Origin: Candidatus Nanohalobium sp.
GTDB taxonomy: Archaea; Nanohalarchaeota; Nanosalinia; Nanosalinales; Nanosalinaceae
Direction of reading: 5' to 3'
Length of the DNA: 43,457 nucleotides
Assembly: GCA_042217545.1 (NCBI GenBank)
Contig: JBDGSM010000003.1
Span: forward strand, 1 to 43,457
A program made the position numbers and the translations under genes. The notes beneath the pieces were generated by a model, which saw nothing but the letters and a program-made list of their open reading frames with translations, was not told the DNA's origin and did not search any database. Of this stretch, positions 26,647 to 34,630 are shown piece after piece. The number at the start of each line of letters is the position of its first letter. Position 1 is the stretch's first letter.

Positions 26647-29493
26647 ATGAACCTCAGCGACTACAGGGAGAAAGCCGAGTACCTTTCTCAGCCCGAAAAC
26701 TTCAAGCAAGCGCTGAAAGAGAACTGGCAAATCCCTGCAGTAAGCCTGACCTTTCTGATAGGCCTGTGGCTGAGGTATATCCCGGCTAAAGGGATGCAAT
26801 ACCTCCAGGCGCTTGACCCGTACATGGAGTACAGGATGTCGAAGCATCTGGCGTTGAGCGGTTCTCTACCTGCTCTCGACTTCACAAGGTACTTCCCGTA
26901 CGCGACCCCGATACACGTAATGAATATAGGTAACATCGCAGTACCTGCATTTCTATACCGCTACCTAGGATTCTCGCTGATATTTCCCAACTATCTCCAG
27001 TTCGCACAGTTCTACCCGGCGTTCATGGGTGCTGTAAGCGTAGTGATGATCTACTTCCTTGGAAAGGAGATATTTGACAGATTCACGGGCGTATCGGCCT
27101 CATTCTTCTTCGCAACCCTTACAGGAGTAATGCACAGGACGTCGGCAGGATTCTTCGAAAAAGAACCGACCGGAACAGCATTCATGCTTATTTCAATGGT
27201 CTTCTTCACAAGAGCCTGGAAAAACAGGAACTGGAAAAACGGAATACTATCCGGCTTCGCATTCGGGCTCTTCACAATCTCGTGGGGAGGATCAAGAGCA
27301 GTATGGCTGCTCTACCCAGCTATAGTCGGCGCAGTACTCTTCATAGATGAAGACATAAGATCGCTGATCGCAGCATACACGCCAACAGTAATACTTGGAG
27401 GCCTCTTCGCATCCGCCGTAAACCCGGGCAAGTTCTGGTTCACAGGCAAGTACTTCCTCGCCAACCTGGGGCTTGTAGCACTTCTATGGAGCCGCTACCT
27501 CATCGAGGAGTTCGAAATCCTCGAAGAACACCAGCTAAAATACTATGTACCGTCAATATCGATAATAGGCCTTTTAATGGCCATCACAGCTCCGCTCTAC
27601 TCCGAAAAGCTTGGACATCTTGTTTTGGGCCTCTGGAATTCAGCCACGCAGTCAGGGGGTGGTGTAATTGGAGGAACGGTCGCGGAGAATCAGGCAGCAC
27701 AAATTTCCTCGATGGTCAGCTCTCTCGGAGGTAACACGGCCTCTGGAATGGCGGCGTTCGCAAACTGGTTCCACTCAACACTGCCGTTCATGCAGCCGGT
27801 AGTTAGCGCTCTTGGAATCCTGCTGGTGCCGCTTGGAAAGCTTGTGATCTTCCTTTCCTCGTTCCTGAGCCCTTGGACGTTCATGATTCTTGGAACCCCT
27901 CTACTGCTCACGCACCTGCTGATTTACCTGGGAAGAAAGTACAGTATAATAGAGGAGGATATCTCCGGAAAGACATACTACGGATACCTCGCAGCGATAA
28001 CAATAGCGTGGCTGATCTCTGCAACAGGCTTCCTCGCCGCCACAGACCTCGCCAGAACCTTCCTTAAAGCAGGCGCATCCCGAACCCAGATATTCTCATA
28101 CGCAGCCCAGCTAAGAGTAAACGCAATAATACTCGGCTTCGTGGCGGCAGGAGCGCTTTCAGGCCTTGTATACTACCTGAAAGACGAGGCCTACAAGGTC
28201 ATGCTGATGGTTTTCGGATTCCTGACTCTTGCAGAGGTCGTCGGCGCCCTCAACGTCGTTGGAAGCCAGAACATGCGTGTAATCGTATACGCATTACTGA
28301 ACTCGCCGTTCGCCAGAGGCCTTGTACTTCCAACCTTTGGAGGCCTGGTCGCTTTCCTGTTTGTATACCTCTCAAATGACTTTGAGAAACCTGACCTGAC
28401 GACTCATTGGTACTACACATTCCCATTCATTTGGGGCGTAACACACCTGTTCATCTCGGCATCGACTTCAAGACTGATATTCCTCGCAGGATTCCCCGCC
28501 TCGTTTGTAGCAGGCTACGGGTTCACAAATGCCTTCCGGAAGTTCAGGGCCATGGACCTCCCAGATATAGAGATGGATAATCCTGAGAGCCTTGAAGACA
28601 TTAGAAAAGGCCTCATGGTTGTTGCGGCCGCAGTCATACTTGTAACCACGATCTTTTCGGGTTATGCGGTCGCACAGCAGCTCGGAGGATCTCCTTCTAG
28701 AGCCTGGAGTCCAAGCCTGGATTACATGGAGAACCAGACGCCTAAAGGATCCGTCATCCTTTCATGGTGGGACTACGGTTACTGGTTCCAGTCCATAGGC
28801 AGGAGAGGAGCTGTCGCGGACGGAGGAAACTTCGGATACTACTCGGGAAGCGATCCAAAGATAAACTATCCGCTGGCCGACTTCCTGACATCATCCAACG
28901 CCAGCAACTGGAAATGGTTCCTCCAGAAGCACTCCGTGGACTACATAGTGCTTGACAGGTCGATGATCGGCAAGTACTCGGCTGTCAGCCAGATCTCCCG
29001 AGGGAGCAACACCAACTTCACCACGATGCAGACGTTCAAAACAGGCAGACCAATCAACTCATACCTCAACTCCAAGGACAAGATCCTGAAGTTCAAGTCA
29101 GGAGGCACAGAGATCTTCGCACCTGTCAAGGTAACGGGAGCGAGGAGCAACACCACGAAGCTCTCAATAGATATAGACGGACCTGTAACCCTGAGAGCGG
29201 GAGCCACAACCAGGAAGATCAACTGCCTGCTCACAGACCACGGAAAAGTCAAGCTCGGCAACAAGACAAGGAGAAATATCCCTTACTGCATCGCCGAAAG
29301 ACCAGCACCGGGCTTCGAACTTTCCGCCAGAACAGGCTCACGAGCCGGTATCGTGCTTGTACCGAAGAAGATCGCGGACTCAACCCTGGTAAGGCTCTAC
29401 CTCATGGACGGCTACGGAATCGACTTCGTTAAGAAAGTACAGCTAAACCGGTTCCAGTATGTCAAGATGTGGAAAGTCCAGGACCTAAAATGA
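26647..29493 (+). CDS. aglB: Oligosaccharyltransferase AglB (STT3)
   Basis: LDPY, TVAE, SWWDYGYW, DRSMIGK; many TM helices. Confidence 0.96.
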   Translation: MNLSDYREKAEYLSQPENFKQALKENWQIPAVSLTFLIGLWLRYIPAKGMQYLQALDPYMEYRMSKHLALSGSLPALDFTRYFPYATPIHVMNIGNIAVPAFLYRYLGFSLIFPNYLQFAQFYPAFMGAVSVVMIYFLGKEIFDRFTGVSASFFFATLTGVMHRTSAGFFEKEPTGTAFMLISMVFFTRAWKNRNWKNGILSGFAFGLFTISWGGSRAVWLLYPAIVGAVLFIDEDIRSLIAAYTPTVILGGLFASAVNPGKFWFTGKYFLANLGLVALLWSRYLIEEFEILEEHQLKYYVPSISIIGLLMAITAPLYSEKLGHLVLGLWNSATQSGGGVIGGTVAENQAAQISSMVSSLGGNTASGMAAFANWFHSTLPFMQPVVSALGILLVPLGKLVIFLSSFLSPWTFMILGTPLLLTHLLIYLGRKYSIIEEDISGKTYYGYLAAITIAWLISATGFLAATDLARTFLKAGASRTQIFSYAAQLRVNAIILGFVAAGALSGLVYYLKDEAYKVMLMVFGFLTLAEVVGALNVVGSQNMRVIVYALLNSPFARGLVLPTFGGLVAFLFVYLSNDFEKPDLTTHWYYTFPFIWGVTHLFISASTSRLIFLAGFPASFVAGYGFTNAFRKFRAMDLPDIEMDNPESLEDIRKGLMVVAAAVILVTTIFSGYAVAQQLGGSPSRAWSPSLDYMENQTPKGSVILSWWDYGYWFQSIGRRGAVADGGNFGYYSGSDPKINYPLADFLTSSNASNWKWFLQKHSVDYIVLDRSMIGKYSAVSQISRGSNTNFTTMQTFKTGRPINSYLNSKDKILKFKSGGTEIFAPVKVTGARSNTTKLSIDIDGPVTLRAGATTRKINCLLTDHGKVKLGNKTRRNIPYCIAERPAPGFELSARTGSRAGIVLVPKKIADSTLVRLYLMDGYGIDFVKKVQLNRFQYVKMWKVQDLK

Positions 29494-30632
29494 TCTACCT
29501 CCTGCTATCGCTGGCCCTGGGATTTGCAGTAACCTTCATCGGCGTACCCTTCGCCAAGAAATACCTCCTGGCCTCAGGCATCTACGGAATCGACCAGCAG
29601 AAAAAAGACAAGCCCAAGATACCGACTTCGGGAGGCCTTGTAGTCTTTTTCGGCTTTATAACAACCATAACGTTCTACATGGGCATCCGCTCCCTTTTCG
29701 GAGCACAGAACCTGAATCTCACCCTTCTTCTCGCCGCACTGGCGTCAGTCAACATCATAACGCTGATAGGCCTTATCGACGACATACATATCGATCTCAA
29801 AGCCCTGATACAGGAAGAGATCGATCTTGAGGACGAACCAGAGATAGATATACACGAAAAAATCAACGAAGTACATACACACGGCGAAATAATACTTGAA
29901 ACGCTTTGGAACTTCTTCCCCGGAGAAAGAGACGAAAAAGATACCGAGGAACACAGGAGAGGCCTTGGACAGCTTCCAAAAATGCTCTTCGTACTCCCGG
30001 CAGCATTCCCACTTATTGCGGTTGGCGCAGGAAGCTGGACCATGCACCTGCCACTGATCAACTACACGATCAACTGGGGCCTGATCTATCCATTGATCCT
30101 TCTACCTGCGGCACTGCTCTTCCTTTCCAACGTCATAAACATGCTTGCAGGTACAAACGGACTATCAGCACTCACAAGCCTCGTAGCATCCAGCTCGATC
30201 GCTGTATACGCCTACATCAACCACCAGAAAGAAGCAATGCTCATAGCAGCAGCCCTATCTGTAACACTGCTCGCATTCCTAAAATACAACATGTACCCTG
30301 CCTCGATACTGCCGGGCGACTCCCTGACATACCTCTCCGGAGCAGCAATCTTCTCAGCAGTAGTAATAGGCAACATGGAAAAATTCGGCGTCGTAATCTT
30401 CCTCCCATGGTTCGCAGAGTTCCTCCTGAAACTCAGAAGCGGATTCCAGGCCCGCTCATGGGGAGAACTACAGGAAGACGGAACACTGAAACCACAGCAC
30501 GACAAAATCTACTCGTTAACCCACGTCTTCATGAGAAAAGACCTCAACGAAAAACAGGTAACATATGCCATCGCAGGCCTCGAACTCGTCATCTGCGTCT
30601 CAGCACTCCTGTTCTTCACCCTTGTAATTTAA
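29490..30632 (+). CDS. aglH: UDP-GlcNAc:dolichol-phosphate GlcNAc-1-P transferase (AglH/GPT, MraY-like)
   Basis: ATGA overlap with aglB; KIPTSGG, IGLIDD, NVINMLAGTNGL, YNMYPASILPGDS, YSLTH. Confidence 0.85.
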   Translation: MIYLLLSLALGFAVTFIGVPFAKKYLLASGIYGIDQQKKDKPKIPTSGGLVVFFGFITTITFYMGIRSLFGAQNLNLTLLLAALASVNIITLIGLIDDIHIDLKALIQEEIDLEDEPEIDIHEKINEVHTHGEIILETLWNFFPGERDEKDTEEHRRGLGQLPKMLFVLPAAFPLIAVGAGSWTMHLPLINYTINWGLIYPLILLPAALLFLSNVINMLAGTNGLSALTSLVASSSIAVYAYINHQKEAMLIAAALSVTLLAFLKYNMYPASILPGDSLTYLSGAAIFSAVVIGNMEKFGVVIFLPWFAEFLLKLRSGFQARSWGELQEDGTLKPQHDKIYSLTHVFMRKDLNEKQVTYAIAGLELVICVSALLFFTLVI

Positions 30633-30657
30633 CATCTTTCAGGCCTCAAAACTGAAC

Positions 30658-30864
30658 ATGGGAGAGGAAGTCTTCTACCAGTGCCCTGACTGCGGATACC
30701 GGCAGAGAAGCCAGGCGCAGAAACGCGTGAAATGCCACAGATGCGGCCGCAGCTACCTCAAAAGGGATGCGAAGAAGACCAGGGATAAGAAGGACAAGAT
30801 CGACGAGGAAAAAGGCACAGGCTTCTTCAAATACAGGAAAAAAGGAGACGAAGAATCCGAATAA
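30658..30864 (+). CDS. Small zinc-ribbon protein
   Basis: CPDCG...CHRCG. Confidence 0.75.
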   Translation: MGEEVFYQCPDCGYRQRSQAQKRVKCHRCGRSYLKRDAKKTRDKKDKIDEEKGTGFFKYRKKGDEESE

Positions 30865-30891
30865 AACAGTTCCCGGAGAAAGACCCTTTCT

Positions 30892-31803
30892 ATGGAACAG
30901 TTCAAAATCTCTGTGGAAAACTTCGACCTCGAGGAAACAATGACATGCGGCCAGACATTCGCCTGGCACCGCATCAACGGCGAGCTTTACTCCGATGGAG
31001 CCGAAGATCAAGGATCTTCTGAAGAAGGCGAATCCTCACCGGAATCGCCTGACCCCCATTTCTACACCTTCAAAGATGGAAAGCCGATAGTGGTGGAGGA
31101 GAAAGAAGGCGAGCTACACGTTAAGACAGAGGCCTCCAGAGAAACAGTTGAACAGGTTCTAGGCCTGAACCATGATCTCGAGGAAATCTTCGAGACTTTT
31201 CCCGAAGATGAGAACCTGAAGAAAGCAAAGGAGGAGCTATGGGGCCTGAGGATCGTCCAGGATGACTTCTTCCCCTGTCTGGTATCTTATCTCTGTTCGC
31301 CACAGATGAGGATTCCCAGGATCAAGCAGATGCATAACAGGATCGCGGAGGAGTTCGGGGAAACGGTAGAGTTCGATGAACATAAGTTACTGAGATTCCC
31401 GACGCTGGAGGAGCTGTCGGAGGCCTCGGAGGACGATCTTCGTGACCTCGGAGTAGGTTACCGGGCTAAATACATAGTTGAAAGTATCAAGATCATGCAG
31501 GATGGCTTCAGGCCTGATTTCCCGGAGGATTATGAAGCTTCGAGGGAGAAGATGAAGGAGCTCTACGGAGTTGGGGATAAGGTGGCTGACTGTGTTTTAC
31601 TGTTTTCCCAGGAGCAGCTTGAGGCCTATCCGATTGATACATGGGCGATGAAAGCGATAAAGAGCCAGTACCCGGAGCTTCACAGCGAAGACTATGACGA
31701 GCTCTCCCGGAACATGAGGAGTTACTTCGGCGAGTATTCTGGTTACGCACAGGAATATATCTTTCACGCCGCAAGAAATGGGATAATAGAGGTGGGCGAA
31801 TGA
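30892..31803 (+). CDS. 8-oxoguanine DNA glycosylase (OGG1-type, HhH-GPD)
   Basis: FDLEETMTCGQTFAW, GLRIVQDD, LGVGYRAKY, GVGDKVADCVLLF, YPIDT, GYAQEYIF. Confidence 0.9.
   Translation: MEQFKISVENFDLEETMTCGQTFAWHRINGELYSDGAEDQGSSEEGESSPESPDPHFYTFKDGKPIVVEEKEGELHVKTEASRETVEQVLGLNHDLEEIFETFPEDENLKKAKEELWGLRIVQDDFFPCLVSYLCSPQMRIPRIKQMHNRIAEEFGETVEFDEHKLLRFPTLEELSEASEDDLRDLGVGYRAKYIVESIKIMQDGFRPDFPEDYEASREKMKELYGVGDKVADCVLLFSQEQLEAYPIDTWAMKAIKSQYPELHSEDYDELSRNMRSYFGEYSGYAQEYIFHAARNGIIEVGE
31002..31050. repeat. Two hairpins in-frame inside the glycosylase gene
   Basis: CGAAGATC-aag-GATCTTCTG (31002-31021) and AGGCGAATCC-tcacc-GGAATCGCCT (31026-31050); encode the AEDQGSSEEGESSPESP loop. Confidence 0.6.
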
Positions 31804-31805
31804 AG

Positions 31806-31827
31806 ACGAAAATCAGAGATTTTCTGG
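31806..31827. repeat. Hairpin repeat unit, identical to 8194-8215
   Basis: ACGAAAATCAGAGATTTTCTGG, 22/22 identical to the copy 23.6 kb away. Confidence 0.85.
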
Positions 31828-31855
31828 GACATTCCTCATCTCGAGGTGGAATTCG

Positions 31856-32221
31856 ATGAGAAAGGAGCAGGAAGAGGTAGCCGAGTTCATGGAGGAACAC
31901 GAGCTTGGAGGTACGACCCCGTTCAGACTCCTCGACCTGGTCTCGGAGATCGGCGAATCCGAAGACTCAAAGAGTCTTCTGGTTCAGAGAAAACCTCAGG
32001 TTTTCGGGGTCGCCAGGGACGCGACAAAGAGTTCCGAATACGGTGAGAGGCCTCAGGATCTGGACGTGAAAAAGGATGAGATCGGCGACGTACTTTTCTC
32101 TCTTCTCGCGGTCTCCAACGACCTCGGTATCGACGCGGAAGAGGCCTTTGAAGAGGCGATTGAGAAGTACGAGGACAGGATCGCAGGTGGAGGTGATCCC
32201 GGATCAGGATCACACTCGTAA
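31856..32221 (+). CDS. MazG-like NTP pyrophosphohydrolase with a 17-aa repeat-derived insertion
   Basis: LLDLVSEIGE...VARDATKS..YG, DEIGDVLFSLL, EEAIEKYEDR. Confidence 0.85.
   Translation: MRKEQEEVAEFMEEHELGGTTPFRLLDLVSEIGESEDSKSLLVQRKPQVFGVARDATKSSEYGERPQDLDVKKDEIGDVLFSLLAVSNDLGIDAEEAFEEAIEKYEDRIAGGGDPGSGSHS
31958..32008. repeat. 51-bp in-frame insertion made of two inverted hairpin units
   Basis: CGAAGACTC-aaa-GAGTCTTCTG then CAGAGAAAACC-tca-GGTTTTCG, between the SEIGE and VARDA codons. Confidence 0.8.
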
Positions 32222-32415
32222 GAGACGACCTGGAAGAGGAAGTGGAGAAAGATCTGGACGTGGATGAAGGCCTTATGGTGGATGAGCTTCTTGACCGGGA
32301 AGGGATCGAGAGGCAGGAAGTCCTGGTATCACGTAACGGCACTATCATCTCCGGGAAACACGAACTGGAGAAAGGGGATAAGGTCCGTGTCTTTGATGTT
32401 ATAGCCGGCGGCTAG
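32203..32415 (+). CDS. Ubiquitin-like SAMP/ThiS/MoaD protein, apparent ATC start
   Basis: Not in ORF track. IRITLVRDDLEEEVEKDLDVDEGLMVDELLDREGIERQEVLVSRNGTIISGKHELEKGDKVRVFDVIAGG*; C-terminal GG; SD GGAGGTGA at 32189-32196. Confidence 0.85.
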   Translation: MRITLVRDDLEEEVEKDLDVDEGLMVDELLDREGIERQEVLVSRNGTIISGKHELEKGDKVRVFDVIAGG

Positions 32416-32544
32416 AAAAACAGTTCTGAAAAGCCCTGATCCCGAACTTAGGCCTGTTTAAGATCCTCTGGAGAACTGCCCGTCTGCTTCTTCTGGCAGT
32501 GGATGCTGAAACGCTTTTAATCTTAAAGGATACATTGTTCTACA

Positions 32545-32871
32545 ATGGATTTTCTTGACCTCGAGGGGAAGGAAGACCTGGAGATAATCTTTGATGTCTT
32601 CAACCTGAACGAGTTACAGCGCGACATCTTCAGGGAGCTCGAGGAAAACAAACTCACCGTACAGGAGATCGCAGAAAGAGTTGACAGGAACAGGTCCACT
32701 GCCCAGAGAGCACTTCAGGAAATGATCGACAAAGACATCCTGATGAGAGAAGGCAAGACCGACAAGACAGTCTACTATGTCTACACGACACTACCGGTCT
32801 CAGAACTCAAAGACGTGACCCTGGAAGCTATCGATTCCTGGCACCGCGAAGTACAGAACAAACTGGACTAG
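32545..32871 (+). CDS. Winged-helix transcriptional regulator (TrmB-like)
   Basis: LTVQEIAERVDRNRSTAQRALQEM HTH; YYVY wing. Confidence 0.85.
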   Translation: MDFLDLEGKEDLEIIFDVFNLNELQRDIFRELEENKLTVQEIAERVDRNRSTAQRALQEMIDKDILMREGKTDKTVYYVYTTLPVSELKDVTLEAIDSWHREVQNKLD

Positions 32872-33167
32872 TACTTCCAGAAAAGGAATGCGAAATAAGC
32901 CAGAGCCACTAACTCGCTGAACAATTTCAGCAGCGGCGAAGGCGAAAGGCCTGAAACCGCAAACAAGACACCTACACCTATAAGACCTGTAACAACCTCG
33001 TTAGAACTCTGCATGACATCGCCTATGAAGGCCTCGCTCGTGAAAGTTCCTTCGTAGAAATTCTTGGCTGCAAGGGCTAAAAGGAAATACTTCAGGAAGA
33101 TCGAGGACGCTATCCAGCTGCCCTGAATGACCGCAACAACTGAAGAAGTTATAAGGGATAGAAACAT
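32868..33167 (-). CDS. Small membrane protein
   Basis: Hydrophobic 99-aa ORF just downstream of the PRC-barrel gene on the same strand. Confidence 0.6.
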   Translation of the reverse strand: MFLSLITSSVVAVIQGSWIASSIFLKYFLLALAAKNFYEGTFTSEAFIGDVMQSSNEVVTGLIGVGVLFAVSGLSPSPLLKLFSELVALAYFAFLFWKY

Positions 33168-33180
33168 GGCTCAGAGGCCT

Positions 33181-33453
33181 TTACTCGTTGCCTTCTACCT
33201 CGCTGGTCTGGAAGTCGTTAATGATGATGATGTCGTCAATGCTCTGTACCATTCTGTACGGGATGACGACATTCTTCGAACCTCCGACCTTCTGGGCAAG
33301 ATAGGATCCCTTTTCGGCGCCGACTACTACAGCGCGTGCGGCGAACTTGCCTAGGTTAAGTTCCACGTCTTTTACTTTTCCGCAGTAGGATCCGCTGCTT
33401 GTGAAGACGTCCTTCTCCTTGATGGTGGAGAAATCGAGTATATTTTCGGCCAC
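33181..33453 (-). CDS. PRC-barrel protein (CdpB-like cell-division family)
   Basis: KDVFTSSGSYCGKVKDVELNL...VVIPYRMVQSIDDIIII. Confidence 0.85.
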   Translation of the reverse strand: MAENILDFSTIKEKDVFTSSGSYCGKVKDVELNLGKFAARAVVVGAEKGSYLAQKVGGSKNVVIPYRMVQSIDDIIIINDFQTSEVEGNE

Positions 33454-33553
33454 TTTTTATCACTCTACAACGAGTAATAACCCGCAGAAACTTAAATACC
33501 TTATCCGGATGGACCGTCGGATTTTAAGTCTTTGCAGAGAAATTCTTATCCAG

Positions 33554-33964
33554 ATGAATCTTAGAGAAAGAGTGATCAAAGGCTTCGTCCACACATATAT
33601 TGAGAACGAAGAGAAGATCGTAAAGAACCTTCTCCAGACGGGACGAATGAATGAGGAAGAATGGCAGGGTATCGCCGACAGACTCGGACAAAAAGCCGCC
33701 GACTACCTCCAGGAAGAGATCGCACCAAAGGAATACATCCGGTCCCGAAGTGAGGAGATCACAGAATTCAACAGATCACGTGAAGAAAAAGAGGCAGGCA
33801 TGACAAGCGAAAAAGCCACCAACCTCTACGGCGAAATCAAAGAAAACCAGAGAAAGGCCTTACAGAAAGCATACATAGACTCCAGCATATCCACATTCAC
33901 AGTTCTCGCAAAAACACTTACCGCCCGCTTCAAATACACAGTCACACGACTCAAAAACCTGTAA
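33554..33964 (+). CDS. Hypothetical helical protein
   Basis: Codon usage like neighbours from ATG 33554 (MNLRERV); no recognisable motif. Confidence 0.6.
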   Translation: MNLRERVIKGFVHTYIENEEKIVKNLLQTGRMNEEEWQGIADRLGQKAADYLQEEIAPKEYIRSRSEEITEFNRSREEKEAGMTSEKATNLYGEIKENQRKALQKAYIDSSISTFTVLAKTLTARFKYTVTRLKNL

Positions 33965-34016
33965 ACCAATACAAGGGATTAAAAACAGTTCACCGACCAA
34001 CCCATCGATACACCAA

Positions 34017-34100
34017 GTCGGGGTCGCATAGTCTGGTATTGCGGTAGCTTGCTAAGCTACTGGGCGCAAGCCCACGCGGGTTCAAATCCCGCCCCTGACG
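34017..34100 (+). tRNA. tRNA-Ser(GCT)
   Basis: Acceptor GTCGGGG/CCCTGAC, anticodon arm GTAGC-TTGCTAA-GCTAC, variable arm GGGC-GCAA-GCCC, T arm GCGGG-TTCAAAT-CCCGC, discriminator G; CCA not encoded. Confidence 0.96.
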
Positions 34101-34130
34101 CTTAAAGTTATTCTTGGCCGGAATTTGATT

Positions 34131-34182
34131 AGAGAAGCTCCAGTTCTGCGAGCTTCGGGTTCAAATCCCGCCCCCGACGCTT
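34131..34182 (+). repeat. Hairpin unit abutting a 27-bp duplication of the tRNA 3' end
   Basis: AGAGAAGCTC-n9-GAGCTTCG (34131-34157); CGGGTTCAAATCCCGCCCCCGACGCTT (34156-34182) versus 34077-34103, one mismatch. Confidence 0.85.
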
Positions 34183-34188
34183 TCACTT

Positions 34189-34614
34189 TCACACGGCTTC
34201 TTGTTCCAAGGCCTTAACTAAATCATCTGTCTCACTGATCAACAGGTAGATATCTCTGCTTTCAAGGCCTTCAGCCCTGCTTATACTGATGATTTCGTCG
34301 TCTAATTCTTCGTCTTCGAAACTTAGTTCCTCGTAATCCAGTATATCGAATTCTCCAAGATTCCGTACGTAGGCCTCAAATTCTGTTCTAGAATCCCAGA
34401 CCGGATCTGGAAACCTGTCATTCTTGGCTTTCATCCCGGTGTCCGGCATATAGGTATCGCCGTGCGGGAAGACGTCCTGCACCTGTTCGGCTCTGTATGC
34501 ATCATCAGGTATTTTTTCAGAAGTTATGAACTGGCAGAGGATAGGCCTGTAAAAACTCCATTCCGAGGCCTTTTCTTCTGTAATATACTCCGGGAACTCT
34601 TTGGGTGAAGGCAT
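34189..34614 (-). CDS. Hypothetical acidic protein
   Basis: 141-aa ORF directly downstream of 34631..35563 on the same strand. Confidence 0.65.
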   Translation of the reverse strand: MPSPKEFPEYITEEKASEWSFYRPILCQFITSEKIPDDAYRAEQVQDVFPHGDTYMPDTGMKAKNDRFPDPVWDSRTEFEAYVRNLGEFDILDYEELSFEDEELDDEIISISRAEGLESRDIYLLISETDDLVKALEQEAV

Positions 34615-34630
34615 TTTTCTGTATCAACTT

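Noticed and set aside
29790..29830. Inverted repeat ATCGATCTC..GAGATCGAT in the aglH insertion
   Set aside because: Explained by IDL/EID codons and lacks the CGAA/TTCTG ends of the repeat family.
31958..32008. Canonical archaeal bulge-helix-bulge intron
   Set aside because: Flanks pair but I see no 3-4-3 BHB geometry; the insert is in frame and matches the hairpin repeat family.
32416..32544. Possible ncRNA in the 129-bp gap after SAMP
   Set aside because: Only a weak CTGCC/GGCAG stem; no recognisable family.
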